The notes under the pieces were generated by a model, which did not search any database, was not told the origin of the DNA, and saw only the letters and a list, made by a program, of their open reading frames with translations. This document shows, one piece after another, positions 13,201 through 28,200 of a stretch of 64,000 nt of DNA. Where the stretch lies: positions 44,640,001-44,704,000 of the forward strand of contig OY740798.1 of assembly GCA_963514005.1 (NCBI GenBank), given 5' to 3'. Both the position numbers and the translations under genes were made by a program. This stretch comes from Raja brachyura (lineage: Eukaryota). Each line of letters starts with the position of its first letter. Within the stretch, counting starts at the first letter, position 1.

Positions 13201-16200
13201 AATTTGATCACCCATTCTAATATCCCATTCACATTCAATTTCATTACATCCTTGCTTTTAAATTCTACTTCTCTTGAAATGAATTCGAACATTGCATTTG
13301 CATTCCGAACTACCAACTCAACCTGCAAATTAACCTTTTTGAGAATCCTACATCAGCAATCCCAAGTCACTTTAAACCTCTCATTTCTGAATCCTCTCGC
13401 CATTTTGAAAATCTATACCTTTATTCCTTCTACCAAAGTGCATAACTGTGCAGCTTGCTATGCTGTATTCCATTTGCCACTTTTTTGCCCACTCTCCCAA
13501 CCTGTCCAAGTCCTTCTGCAGACTCCCTGCTTCCTCAACATCAACTTCCCCTCCACCTATCTTTGTATCATCTGCAAACTTGGCCATAAAGCCATCAATT
13601 GCCTCATTCAGATCCTTACCAATTGCGTGAAATGTAGCAGACCCTATACCAACCCCTGTGGGACACCACTGGTCATGAGTAGGCAACTAGAAAAGCCCCC
13701 CTGATCTATTGCCTCTTTAATTTAAAAACAATTGCTATATTTTATTGTATTGGCCATATTACATCTTTCCTCTCCCTGTTTTTGGTTTATGGTTTTTAAT
13801 GGTTTCTATTGATTTTTATAAGCCAATCCTCAACATTCCCGCTAATCTTTACCATATTATATGCCTTCTCTATTGGTTTTATGCTGCCTGTGACTTCCTT
13901 TGTCAACCACTGTGTCCTCATTCACCTTTATCTTCAATATTTCTTCCAGAAACTCCTGTCATTGCTGCTCCACCATCATTCCTGCTAGGGTCCCCTTTCA
14001 TTCAACTTTAGCCAGCTCCTCCCTCATAACTCTGTTGCTACCTTTACTCAACTGTGTAGTACAGATAATATCTGATTTTGGCTTCTTCCTCTCAAATTGC
14101 AGGTTGAATTCTATCAAATTATGATCACTGCCTCTTAGGGGTTCCTCACTTTAAGCCCCCGAATCAAATCTGGTTCATTACACACCAAATCCAGAATCGC
14201 CTTTTCCCTAGTGTGCTCGACCACGAGCTGTTCTAAAAAATGTAGGCATTTTAAAATTCCTTCTCTTGAGATCTAGTACCATCCTAATTTTGCCAGTCTA
14301 CCTGCTTATTGAAATCCCCCATGACCACTGAAAAATGACCTTCCTTAGATGTCTTTTCTATGCCCTGATGTTATTTGTACTTTGCATCTGGCTGCCATTT
14401 GAAGGCTTGTATTTATAGTAACTCCCATCACGGTCTTTTTACGCTTGTTGTTTCTTAACTCGACCACAAGGAATCTACGTCTTCTGATCCTATGTTGTTT
14501 CTCGTTGTAAACATCCACTGGTTTTAATAATTGAGAAGCATCTTAAAATGAATGCCCAATAAAGTTTCTTACTTGCTGGTAATGAGCTCGCAGTGAGAGT
14601 TGGAGCGGCAAGGCTGTTGAGTTGCTTGAGGAACATTTGTCACTTGAGGTCGTGGTGTAGTCAGCGATATGGATGGTCCATTACAATATGGTTTACCGGC
14701 ATCTGGGACCTGCCAGTAATCAGCCATTTCCGAGCAAGAGGATGCGATCTTCCCGCTGGGTAGCATGCAGTCATCATACTGATTATTATTACATGTTCCT
14801 AAGAAGACAGATCAGGGAATGTCATTTTACCAATATTACTGCATGTGTCCACTTCAACGCTCCTTCAGTCTCATTTAATAGATACTGCTCTAGATGGAAA
14901 CATTATTACTGCCTGTGGAACAATTTGTTTACATTTTCTGAAATATAAATTTACAGAACTGTGGCCATGTGTCCATCTAGCTATTACTCTCTCATCCAGG
15001 CAGTATTCTGGTAAACCTCTGCATTCTCTACAAAGCATTCTCATCCTCCCTGTTATGGGATGATCAGAACTACACCCAATACCCCAAATGCCAACCAACT
15101 AAACTCCTATAAAGCTGCAACATGACTTCTTGACTTTTAAGGGCCTGTCCCACCTGGGCGTTATTTGCGCGTCATTTACGCAACATCATTTACGCGTCAC
15201 GACGCACGACGTGCGTGTCGTGACACATGCATAACGCGCGCATGGTGGATGGTGAGACGTGGTGGCATAGGCAGTAACGCGCGGTCGCGCGCGGCGTCCC
15301 AGGATTTGGGGTCTCCAGAGGGCAATGGAGGCCGGTTCTCTGGAAACTTTCAAGAGAGAGCTAGATAGGGATATTAAAGATAGCGGAGTCAGGGGATATG
15401 GGGAGAAGGCAGGAACGGCGTACTGATTGTGGATGATCAGCCATGATCACATTGAATGGTGGTGCTGGCTCGAAGGGCCTAATAGCCTACTCCTGCACCT
15501 ATTGTCTATTGTCTATTGAATTAGGCATAAACGTGTTATTGGGATAAATCTTCATCCTGAACTGTTTCTATTACTTACATTCTTATACTAAACATTTTAT
15601 TTAAACACATTTACAAAGCAATCTTCATCCTTACCACACTGCCCTTGTGTCTTGTTTCCAAATATTTCACTCGGGAGTTTGATTGCAAAAGCAAAACCAC
15701 TGAAAGTGACCTGGGCCTTTAATTGGGGAATGTCAACAATTATATTAATGCCCAAACTGATGATCTTCACTCCATGTTTTGAATATGGTAGAGCCACAGT
15801 ATTTCCATCGATTTTAACCTGCGGAACAAGACAAAGCTTCAATATTTTGATCAGGAGCAAAATGATTACCACATGGAATCATCAATGATACAATTCATAA
15901 GAAAGCTTTGATTACATTTTACTGATTGTATACATCGTTGACACCTTTCCCTCAGCTTAACAATGATCCATTCTATATTTTCCTTGAACTTCACCCCTGT
16001 TTTCACATTTTACCCCTCTCATCTCCATGTCTCCCTCTTGCCTGACTCCCAGTTTGAAGAAAGGTCTCGACCCGAAACATCACCCATTCCTTCTCTCCAG
16101 ATACGCTGAGTTAAGGGTCTGTCCCACTTTCCCGAGTTACTCACAAACTCTCCCGAGGTTTCCCCTTGATTCGAACTCGGGGAATGTCGGCGAATGTCCG

Positions 16201-19200
16201 TAGCGAGTCTGTAGGAGGCCGTAGATATTTCGTAGCGGCTCGTAATGCCAGCTGTAGGAACTCGGGGCATCAGGTAAGTCGGGACGTTTTTTTCAACATG
16301 TTGAAAAATGTCCATGAGTAAATAAAATAGCCCAGAGTACCTACGAATGGCTATTACCGTAATTTTCCGAGTTTGAATCAAGGGGAAAACTCGGGAGAGT
16401 TTGTGAGTAACTCGGGAAAGTGGGACAGGGCCTTTACTCTGGCATTTTGTGTCTATCCTCTAAACTCTGCCTGCTCATCAACATTGATACATTATTTCAG
16501 CCATGCTGGTTCAACACATGCAGAAGGAAGAAAACTCAAAACAATGTTAGTTACCAGATTTTGAACTCCATCTGCTGCAATATTCCTGATTTCTATGTCA
16601 AGTTTTTCAAATTTCACGATGATACTGCGTTGGCAGGAGAGACTGTCTTGTGTGTCGCAGTAGTAATTGTCAATGTAAACACCAAAATCTTGACCTAATG
16701 ACGTCGTTTCCACAAGCACGTAGGTGCAGCTTCCGTCATAGTTATAATACTGTCCGTCAAAGGTAACAATATGTGAGCCTCCCCATCCATTGCAATGGCC
16801 TGTGTGGGCAATAGATTCACCTGAGTTTAATCTCAACAATAGTATATCGCTAACTTTCTCAAAGAAAGGAAATGTTAATTCTTTTTACATATTACATATA
16901 TTGTATTAAACATCCTTTATTCTTAAGTGACGAAAAACAATTACAATTGGCAACTTAAGGGCCTATCCCACTGTACGAGGTAATTCAAGAGCTCTCCCGA
17001 GTTTAAAAAAAATCAAACTCGTGGTAAGTACGTAGAATGTACGTAGCGGGTACGTCGGAGCTCGGGACGTCTCTTAGCGGCTCGTAATGCTAACGGCAGG
17101 TACTCGGGAAACGCGGTAAGCTCGTGAAGATTTTTCAACATGTTGAAAATGTCCACGAGAGCCCCGAGTACCTACGAGCGGCTATTACTGTAATTCTCCG
17201 AATATGAATCAGGGGAAACTCGAGAGAACTCTTGAATTACCTCGTACAGTGGGACCGGCCGTTTAGTTTTTTCACAATAAAATCAGATACAGCAAGTGAA
17301 TAGATGTAACAACTGCCAAAGGTATCATATTGATGATTAAACTTAAACTACAGCCATCAAGCGAGCCTACTTTGTTCATTGAGCCCCATGCAACTTTCCA
17401 ATGGAATGAAGATTTGAAAACAATTTACGTAGTCTCCAATTCTGCTCAATATTAAACTGAGGTCGGTTGAAATTGGAATTCTGACTAAGATACTGATTCC
17501 ACCTGTGCCTATTGCTTGTCGGAAGTCACTGGGTAATATATGAAGATGCTCACAAAGCGAGCAAACTCAAAATGGAAAGATTTATTGGCCTGTTCTATGT
17601 TCTACGTGAGCAAGTATCCACCACAATTGATTCACTGCTTCTGTATTCTTCCTTGTATTCCTATCCAGAGAGGAAAAGTGGAATTGTCCAATGGGACATG
17701 CAATGCCAGAGAACAGTGGGAGATCAGATTTCCAGAATACTGAACTCTGGTCAAACTAGAGTAGCCTGCACCATGAGAAAAAACAATGAGAGGGGGACAG
17801 TGAATTAGAGGGAGATTCAATGCTGAACAATTCGAAACGGCTAACTCCATAACAATATTTTTAGAGGCCAGCAAACTGAGCATGCCCCCTCTATAGAACC
17901 ATCAATGTGAGAACTGAAGAGAAAATCTTTCAGTTGAGTATCGATGTTAGGAGGTCATGTTGCCGTTGTATAAGACCACATTTACAGCATTGTGTTCAGT
18001 TCTGGGCACCATGTTATAGGAAAGATGTTGTCAAGCTGGAAAGGGTGCAGAGAAGATTTACGAGGATATGCCAGGACTCAAGGGGCTCAGTTACAGGGAG
18101 AGGTTGAGCAGGCTAGGACTCTATTCCTTGGACTGTAGATGGATGAGGAATTATCTTATAGAGGTGTACAAAATCATGAGAGAATATGATTGGCTAGACG
18201 TGCAAAGTCTCTTGCCCAGAGTAGGGGAATTGAGAACTAGAGGGCATAGGTTTAAGGTAAGGGGGGTAGGATTTAATAGGAACCTGAGGGGTAACATTTT
18301 CATGCACAGGGTGGTGGGTGTATGGAACGAGCTGCTGGAGGAGGTAGTTGAGGCAGGTACTATCGCAACTTTTATGAAACATTTAGACATGTACTTGGAT
18401 AAGAGAGGTTTAGAGGGATATGGGCCAGCACAGGCAGGTGGGACTGGTGTTGTTGGGACATTTTAGTAGGTATGGGTGAGTTGGGCCGAAGGGCCTGTTT
18501 CCATGCTGTTAGACTCGATGACTATTTGATAAAGCAGATGTGGGAAAATATTTCGCCTGGGTCTGAGATCTAGAAGTTGGGATCAAAGGTTCAAAATAAG
18601 GGGAAGGGGTTTGGAGTTTCAATAAGGTATTATATCTTCACTCAAAGGTTGGTGATTTGAGAATGGAGAACTCTTTACTTCTGAGTAGTGTGGAGCCTCA
18701 GTCACAGATGGCATTTAAAACCGTGATTGAGTTTTGGATATTGCAAGGATGAAGGGATAGGGCAACAATGCAGGAAAATGGAGCTGAGGTGGAAGTTCAC
18801 AGATCAACGTCAAGAGTGACCATCAGGGATCAAAATGGCCGCCTCCTTTTTGTTATGTTCTAATTATTAACTTCAACAGACAAAACATACCCGTGTTATT
18901 GCAACAAATCTCTGACCGACACTGACAGAATAAAAGCAAAGATTTACGATTTAGAATGACAGTAACTATATTGGTAAAAGCAATCAGTTAAAAACGATGT
19001 AAAAACAATCTTTTATGAAATGGAGGTACTTACAACCACACTCGTAATGGTAGCAACAGTTATCTTTATCATAAACCTTGACTGGAATATGGCCATTGGC
19101 ACAGTGAATAGGTTCGATGGTGGGACACACCACGGGCGATAAAGCAACAATGTTTTTTTCTATACATTTGGCCATCATACAATCACACAGCAGCCAGCTC

Positions 19201-22200
19201 TCATTATACTGAAAAGAGGAGAAAGCATTTTAGAGATTTCTGGAATTACGTTAGTACCGATTACTGGTTAATATCCCACTATTGTTGATTTTCCCTGTTT
19301 CAGCGACCCTGACTCCATAATGTGCTTTCTTTATTAGATAGTTGCTGCAGCTTTTAATCCTATCCTTATACTCTGGACTACGGAGATTGACGGGCAACCT
19401 GAGAGAAAAATATAAAATTATGAGGCGAAGATAGGATAGACAATAAGAACCTTTTCCCTAGGATGGAAATGTCGAAGACAAGAAGGAATAGCTTTAAGGC
19501 CAGAAAGGGAAAGACAGTCTAAGTGTCTCTGACTACATTTTATCCCTGTACTGCCCACTCCACCGACATCAGTCTGAAGAAGGGTCTCGACCCGAAATGT
19601 CAACCATTCCTTCTTTCCACACATGTTGCCTGAACTGCTGAGTTACTCCAGCATTTTGTGTGTATCAAAGTTTAAAGGAGATGTGTGGGGCAATGTTTAT
19701 GTAAGTGAATTGCACAAAATGCTGGAGTAACTCAGTGGAACAGGCAGCATATCTGGAGAGTAGGAATAAATGAAGTTTCGGGTCGAGACCCTTATAGCAG
19801 TGGTTGATTTTAACTTCCCCAATATTGACGGATTTCCTTGGTTAAGAGGCATTGATGTTGGGGGTGGATTTTGGGAATTAGGGAACATGTTTACAACATA
19901 GTCATGGATTCCGTGAGCCATACAGCACGGAAACAGGCCCTTCTGCTTATTTTGTCTATGCTGACCAAGTTGGCATTCTGGGCTTGTCCCATTTACTAAC
20001 ATTTAGCCTGTCTATATCCCTCTAAATGCTTCCTGTCCATATATCTGCCAAATGTCTTTTAAAAGTCATAATTGTATCCAATTCCATGACTCCCTCTGGA
20101 AGCTAATTCTAGACAACCCACTACGTGAAAAAATTCCCTGAGGTCCCCTTAATTTTACAATTCTCTACCTTGGGAGATAGACTGAGAGTTCACTTTATCC
20201 GTGTTCCTCATGGTCTTGGACACTTCAATAGGGTCACCCATTAGCCTTCAATGCTCCAAATAAAATGGCAGCCTATCTAATGTCTCCCTATTTATTATCA
20301 TGTGTACCCAGGTACAGTGAAATGCTTTTTTTGCATCCAACTTAACAAGACTATCACCATGGTTGATTAGACTATTGGCGGATGGAATTCAATCCCGACA
20401 GGAATGAGCATTTTAGAAGTATATAAGATTATGAGGGGTGCAGATATTGTAGAAAGTCAAAATATTTTTCCCATGGTAGGGTATCCAAAACAAGAGTGCA
20501 TAGTTTTAAGATGAATGGAATGAGTTTCAAAGGAGAGTTAAGGTTGTTTCACAACCTTAAGTTAAAATCAACCACTGCTATAAGGGTCTCGACCCGAAAC
20601 TTCATTTAGGGGTGACATCTGGAACACGTTGCCAGAGGAGATTGTGGAATTACATGCAATTACTACATTGAGGCATTTAGATAGACATTTAAACAGGCAA
20701 GACATAGAATGATATAGTCCTAATGTAGCAAATTGAATTAGTGTAGATGCACAAAAAACTTGGTTTGGACGTAATGGGGCCCCTATGTAGCACTGTTTCA
20801 GTGCTGTACTATTCTGATTCTAGAAAATAAAAAATGGATCAAATGCTCTGAAACATGGGAATCCTCCAGAATACAAATTACTTCACATTGCTAAGGTTGT
20901 TCTTTGAGGCAATGAACAGAAAAGGATTGCGCCTGCCCTGACAATATCCCCAATTCGACTGTTTGAGCATCATGGGCCATCAATGAGCTAATTCTGAATT
21001 GTCAACAACTGCACCATAAATGCAGTATATCCAGAGATGAAACTTCTTCAGCTGCACCACCAAAGTCTTTAGAAAGTTGACAATGGCTTTTCCCAAACGT
21101 GTGAATCATGATGTAATGCCTACTTACCTCCCTTGGTGGTTTAAGATCAGGGCATCCTGGAACTATGGTGATAGATTCAGTTGACAATGTTGGACGGCTG
21201 GTACTGCTTGTAGGTACACTTGTTAACGGTGGCATTGTGCTTCCACAGGGCCAGATATGTTTTTCGATTTCACAGGTCTCATTACACTTTGCAAAGATAC
21301 AATATCCAGCTTTATCAGTGTAGTTGTATATAATTGCATCTAAAAATGTAAGCAGAAGATGGTTTACTGTTGAATTGGGATACATATTGAAGCTTTGAGA
21401 GGTAACAAACTCAAATATATAAAATGTGCTGATTTTTAGTTAATGCTTTCATTGGTAGAGTGAAATAATGATATAAATGTTGGGATTAAATTGAAACAAG
21501 AGTAAAGTTGCCATAAATTTAGAAAATAAATAAAAACATAAGTTTATTTCAAATGGGTGTCGATTAAAAAAAAACATTTTTGACAGGACACCAAATAACA
21601 AATGTGGTATAAGCCTTGTAATGGCCAGAGAATTTGAGTGGTAATGATGGCTTGGAAAATCATTAAAATCCTACGTGAACCTTGCATTTTACAGTGAGGA
21701 TCGTTTGGGGACATCTACAGTTCTGGCAGTTTATTGACTTCTGCAAATTACACTGGAGGAATGCCACGGAACATGCAATATAACTACAGTGGTTATAAGA
21801 GCAGGTCAGATTCATGTTCCCCCTATCCACCTCCACCTCCAGTGTCCCATCTGTGCCAACGCACAGCCAAACATCATGCTGCACACTAATGCCTCCCCAG
21901 CAACCAGTCCCATGAATGTGAGCAACATGTGGGTGTAATTCAGACAGACAGGGACAGACTTCAAAAATAAATTAGAGTTAGCAATTTCAGCATAACTGAT
22001 GTGTAGGAACGAACTGGAGATGCTGGTTTAAACCAAACGTCACCCATTCCTTCTCCCCAGAGACACCGCCAAGGAACTGCAGATGCTGGTTTAAACCAAA
22101 GTTAGACGCAAAAATTGGAGTAACTCAGGAGAAAAGGAATAGATGATGTTTTTTTTGGGTTGAGACCCTTCTTCAGTCTCAACCCGAAACGTCACCTATT

Positions 22201-25200
22201 CTTTTTCTCCAGAGATGCTGTCTGACCCGCTGAGTTACTTCAGCATTTTGTGTCTATCTTCAGCATAACAGATCCCAGCCTCCCAAGCCAGAGTCTGAAT
22301 CACTAGCACATGACATATCTTAATCAAACTGATAGATAGTCCGATCTCTCTAGCAAAGTCCCATCAGGTTGTCTAAATCCATGTGAAATTGGAGAATGGT
22401 ATTGAAGATCAAAGTGGCATTATGCACTGAGGGGGAGAATAGACAATGGACAATCAGTGCAGGAGTAGGCCATTCGGCGACGAGCCAGCACCGTCATTCA
22501 ATGTGATCATGGCTGATCATCCACAATCAGTACCCCGTTCCTGCCTTCTCCCCATATCCCCTGACTCCGCTATCTTTAAGAGCCCTAGCTAGCTCTCTCT
22601 TTAAAGTATCCAGAGAACCGGCCTCCACCGCCCTCTGAGGCAGAGAATTCCCCAGACTCACAACTCTCTGTGTGAAGAATCTAAGGTGATGAGAAGAATG
22701 AACAAAAGATGAGCAATTGCCTTGCTGTCCCCAAACTGAATCCCTAACCTTACTGCACAAGTCACGAGTGCAGTTCAAGTCAACACAAATTAAGCTGTCG
22801 TATGCACATATACGGTGAGCTGCAGGTACAATGAAAACCTTGCTGCCAGTAGTATCACATGCACATAGACAGACAGATACACAAGGATAAAAATTATACA
22901 TATATTACATGTAGAATTCTGCAAGTTTAACAACACTCAAGAAACTCAACATCACCCAGGTCTTGGATTGACTTTTTTTTTCCAATTCCCTTTCTTTTAG
23001 TCTACATGTCTCTCAGTTTCCACTTCCCTCCTTTCAATTCTTGAATCAACGTTAGGATTATTTAACTTTCTTTGTTTATCTTGTCTTTCTTCTGTTACAT
23101 GTTAACCTTCTATTCAATGCTGTTGGAGTCACTAAAACTAAATAATGATTGGAAAACGTACGATACCACTGCAATGTGTAACCACTTTTGACATCATTTA
23201 TAAACCTCAGCTTCTTACCTTGCTTCTCCTTGTGCAATGCATCCATAATATTTCGTTTTTATAACTTCAGGATTAAATGCTTGTTAGACCATTCCCATTT
23301 CACATTTTTCTCAAACATGTATTTAAAATATTCATATTGCATCTATTTGCATTAAGAACTATCTGCGACGTGCATAAACAAATTGGCAAATCTGGCTTCT
23401 TCGTAAAGCATGTGGAACCATGTATGATGGAAACATTTCAAAAATGGCATCACAAGTAGATGGAATGACAAAGAAGACAAAGAGTATGCTTGCTTTCGGG
23501 GCTTTGAGGATAAGAGTTTGTCAGAAAAATTTGATAAGGCCACATTTGGAGTATTGTGTGCAGTTCTAATCGCCTCAATACAGGAAGGATGTGGAAGCGT
23601 AGAAGAGGATGCAGACGAGGTTTACCAGGATGCAGCCTGGATAAGAGTATGAGCTTTAAAGACAAATTGGCCAAATGTGGATTATTCCTCTGGAGGGTTG
23701 AAGGTTGTGGGGAGACATGAGAGAAGTACATCAAATTGTGAGAGGCATGGGTAGGTTTGACAGTCAGGATCTTATCACCAGAATGGAAATGTCAAAGTCT
23801 AGAATATATTGTTTTAAGGTCAGAAAGGGGAAAGTGTAAAGGAGATGTGCAAGACGAGTTTTTTTTACACGGTGGTGTGTTCCTGGATTGCACTGCTGGG
23901 AGTGGTGGTGGAAGCAGATGTGTTAGTGGTGATTCTGAGCATTTAAAATAGGCAGATGGATATGCAAGGAATAGAGGGACATGGATCGCAAAAGTAGAGG
24001 TGATAAGTTTAACTTGGAATCATTGTCAGCAGAGACAGTGTGGGTCAAAGGGCTGGTCCCTGTGCAGGTCCGTTCTACGTTCCAAATGCTTTCTCTAGCA
24101 AACAGCAAAGCAAGCACCAGTAGCTTACCTTGGGAATACACCGTTCCATTCACAATGCAGACACATTCTGTGACGGGAGAAGAAGAACTTGTGGTTGCAG
24201 AAAGCGTAGAGTGCTCAATGGAACCAGTGGGTCGGGAAGAAAACGTTGAGGGCATCCTGGTCGTAGATGCAGACAAAGAAGTTGATGATCCGCCAGTGGT
24301 GAGTCGAACAGTGACGGCAGTGGTGGTAGTCCATGCGGCGGTTGATGAAGAAGAATGGTTTACAGTGATTCTGCTGGGGGTTGGAGTCACTGAGGTTGAT
24401 TCTGTGCTACCACTGTGAGTGCTAGGCACCACCAGAGGTGTGCTATATGTAGACGCAGTGATGGTAGTGCTGTTCGTTGTAGTTGACAGGGGACTCGTGG
24501 CAGTTGTGGCAGAGAGTGTTGTGGGTTCTTCTGATGTTGTGGTTGTGGACGTTGTTCCTGTTCCAGGAGTTGTGCTTGTGGGCACCAATGGGGTCTGGGT
24601 AGTTGTTGTGGACTTGGTGGTCGTGGGTAGTTCAGTAGTTTCTGTTAGTTCAGTTGTACAAGTTGTGGTCAATTCTGTTGTAGTACTTGCTGGTGTGCCA
24701 GAAACTGGAGATGTAGAGGTCATGTGCTCTGTAGTAAGTGTAGTGGGACGAGTTGTACTGGTTGTGCTTTCAATGGTACGAGTGGTTGTTGATGTTGTCT
24801 CTCTGACTGGAGATGTGGGGCTCGTGTGTTGCTGTGTTGGTGTTGTGGGACTTCCTGTTTTGCTTGTAGCAATGCTAGAATATGGTGTTTTTGTTTCGGT
24901 GCTTGTGCCAGTTGATGGGCTGTGTGTCTGTATTGTCGTGGGTTCAGTTGATTTTGATGTAGTCGTGGTGGATGCTGTTTGTGTTTGAGGTGTTTTGGTT
25001 GTGATAACCTCTGTAGTTTCTGTAGTTCCTTTTGACGTGGTGGTAAATGGTGTTTCAGTAGATTCCGTTTTTTCAGTTGTGGAAGTTGTGGTCAGTTCAG
25101 GTGTGGAACCTTGTGGTGTTCCTGACACTGAAGGTGTTGTGGTTGTGTGCTCTGTTGTAGGAGAAGTGGAACCAGTTGTTTTGCTTGTGGTTGTGGTTGT

Positions 25201-28200
25201 ATGAGGGGTTGTGGACGTTGTTCCTGTTTCAGGAGTTGTGGGGCTCGAGTGTAACTGAGTTGGTGTTGTGGGACTTCCGGTTGCGGTTGTAAAAGTGGTT
25301 GAATGTGGGGTTTTTGTTTCTGTTGTTGGGACGGTTGTTGGGGTGTGAGTGTGCAGTGTTGTGGTTTCCGATGGTGTTGATGTTGTGGTTGCGGACGTTA
25401 TTCCTGTTCCAGGAGTTGTGCTTGTGGGCACCAATGGGGTCTGGGTACTTGTTGTGGACTTGGTGGTTGTGGGTAGTTCAGTAGTTTCTGTTAGTTCAGT
25501 TGTACAAGTTGTGGTCAATTCTGGTGTAGTACTTGCTGGTGTGCCAGAGACTGGAGATGTAGAGGTCATGTGCTCTGTTGTAAGTGTAGTGGGACGAGTT
25601 GTACTGGTTGTGCTTTCAATGGTACGAGTGGTTGTTGATGTTGTCTCCCTGACTGGAGATGTGGGGCTCGTGCGTTGCTGTGTTGGTGTTGTGGGACTTC
25701 CTGTTTTGCTTGTAGCAATGCTAGAATATGGTGTTTTTGTTTCGGTGCTTGTGCCAGTTGATGGGCTGTGTGTCTGTACTGTCGTGGGTTCAGTTGATTT
25801 TGATGTAGTCGTGCTGGATGCTGTTTGTGTTTGAGGTGTTTTGGTTGTGATAACCTCTGTAGTTTCTGTAGTTCCTTTTGACATGGTGGTAAATGGTGTT
25901 TCAGTAGATTCCGTTTTTTCAGTTGTGGAAGTTGTGGTCAGTTCAGGTGTGGAACCTTGTGGTGTTCCTGACACTGAAGGTGTTGTGGTTGTGTGCTCTG
26001 TTGTAGGAGAAGTGGAACCAGTTGCTTTGCTTGTGGTTGTGGTTGTATGAGGGGTTGTGGACGTTGTTCCTGTTTCAGGAGTTGTGGAGCTCGAGTGTAA
26101 CTGAGTTGGTGTTGTGGGACTTCCGGTTGCGGTTGTAAAAGTGGTTGAATGTGGGGTTTTTGTTTCTGTTGTTGGGACGGTTGTTGGGGTGTGAGTGTGC
26201 AGTGTTGTGGTTTCCGATGGTGTTGATGTTGTGGTTGCGGACGTTATTCCTGTTCCAGGAGTTGTGCTTGTGGGCACCAATGGGGTCTGGGTACTTGTTG
26301 TGGACTTGGTGGTTGTGGGTAGTTCAGTAGTTTCTGTTAGTTCAGTTGTACAAGTTGTGGTCAATTCTGGTGTAGTACTTGCTGGTGTGCCAGAGACTGG
26401 AGATGTAGAGGTCATGTGCTCTGTTGTAAGTGTAGTGGGACGAGTTGTACTGGTTGTGCTTTCAATGGTACGAGTGGTTGTTGATGTTGTCTCCCTGACT
26501 GGAGATGTGGGGCTCGTGCGTTGCTGTGTTGGTGTTGTGGGACTTCCTGTTTTGCTTGTAGCAATGCTAGAATATGGTGTTTTTGTTTCGGTGCTTGTGC
26601 CAGTTGATGGGCTGTGTGTCTGTATTGTCGTGGGTTCAGTTGATTTTGATGTAGTCGTGGTGGATGCTGTTTGTGTTTGAGGTGTTTTGGTTGTGATAAC
26701 CTCTGTAGTTTCTGTAGTTCCTTTTGACGCGGTGGTAAATGGTGTTTCAGTAGATTCCGTTTTTTCAGTTGTGGAAGTTGTGGTCAGTTCAGGTGTGGAA
26801 CCTTGTGGTGTTCCTGACACTGAAGGTGTTGTGGTTGTGTGCTCTGTTGTAGGAGAAGTGGAACCAGTTGTTTTGCTTGTGGTTGTGGTTGTATGAGGGG
26901 TTGTGGACGTTGTTCCTGTTGCAGGAGTTGTGGAGCTTGAGTGTAACTGAGTTGGTGTTGTGGGACTTCCGGTTGCGGTTGTGAAAGTGGTTGAATGTGG
27001 GGTTTTTGTTTCTGTTGTTGGGACGGTTGTTGGGGTGTGAGTGTGCAGTGTTGTGGTTTCCGATGGTGTTGATGTTGTGGTTGCGGACGTTATTCCTGTT
27101 CCAGGAGTTGTGGTTGTGGGCACCAATGGGGTCTGGGTAGTTGTTGTGGACTTGGTGGTTGTGGGTAGTTCAGTAGTTTCTGTTAGTTCAGTTGTACAAG
27201 TTGTGGTCAATTCTGGTGTAGTACTTGCTGGTGTGCCAGAGACTGGAGATGTAGAGGTCATGTGCTCTGTTGTAAGTGTAGTGGGACGAGTTGTACTGGT
27301 TGTGCTTTTAATGGTACGAGTGGTTGTTGATGTTGTCTCCCTGACTGAAGATGTGGGGCTCGTGCGTTGCTGTGTTGGTGTTGTGGGACTTCCTGTTTTG
27401 CTTGTAGCAATGCTAGAATATGGTGTTTTTGTTTCGGTGCTTGTGCCAGTTGATGGGCTGTGTGTCTGTATTGTCGTGGGTTCAGTTGATTTTGATGTAG
27501 TCGTGGTGGATGCTGTTTGTGTTTGAGGTGTTTTGGTTGTGATAACCTCTGTAGTTTCTGTAGTTCCTTTTGACGTGGTGGGAAAGGGTGTTTCAGTAGA
27601 TTCCGTTTTTTCAGTTGTGGAAGTTGTGGTCAGTTCAGGTGTGGAACTTTGTGGTGTTCCTGACACTGAAGGTGTTGTGGTTGTGTGCTCTGTTGTAGGA
27701 GAAGTGGAACCAGTTGTTTTGCTTGTGGTTGTGGTTGTATGAGGGGTTGTGGACGTTCCTGTTTCAGGAGTTGTGGAGCTCGAGTGTAACTGAGTTGGTG
27801 TTGTGGGACTTCCGGTTGCGGTTGTAAAAGTGGTTGAATGTGGGGTTTTTGTTTCTGTTGTTGGGACGGTTGTTGGGGTGTGAGTGTGCAGTGTTGTGGT
27901 TTCCGATGGTGTTGATGTTGTGGTTGCGGACGTTATTCCTGTTCCAGGAGTTGTGGTTGTGGGCACCAATGGGGTCTGGGTAGTTGTTGAGGACTTGGTG
28001 GTTGTGGGTAGTTCAGTAGTTTCTGTTAGTTCAGTTGTACAAGTTGTGGTCAATTCTGGTGTAGTACTTGCTGGTGTGCCAGAGACTGGAGATGTAGAGG
28101 TCATGTGCTCTGTTGTAAGTGTAGTGGGACGAGTTGTACTGGTTGTGCTTTCAATGGTACGAGTGGTTGTTGATGTTGTCTCCCTGACTGGAGATGTGGG

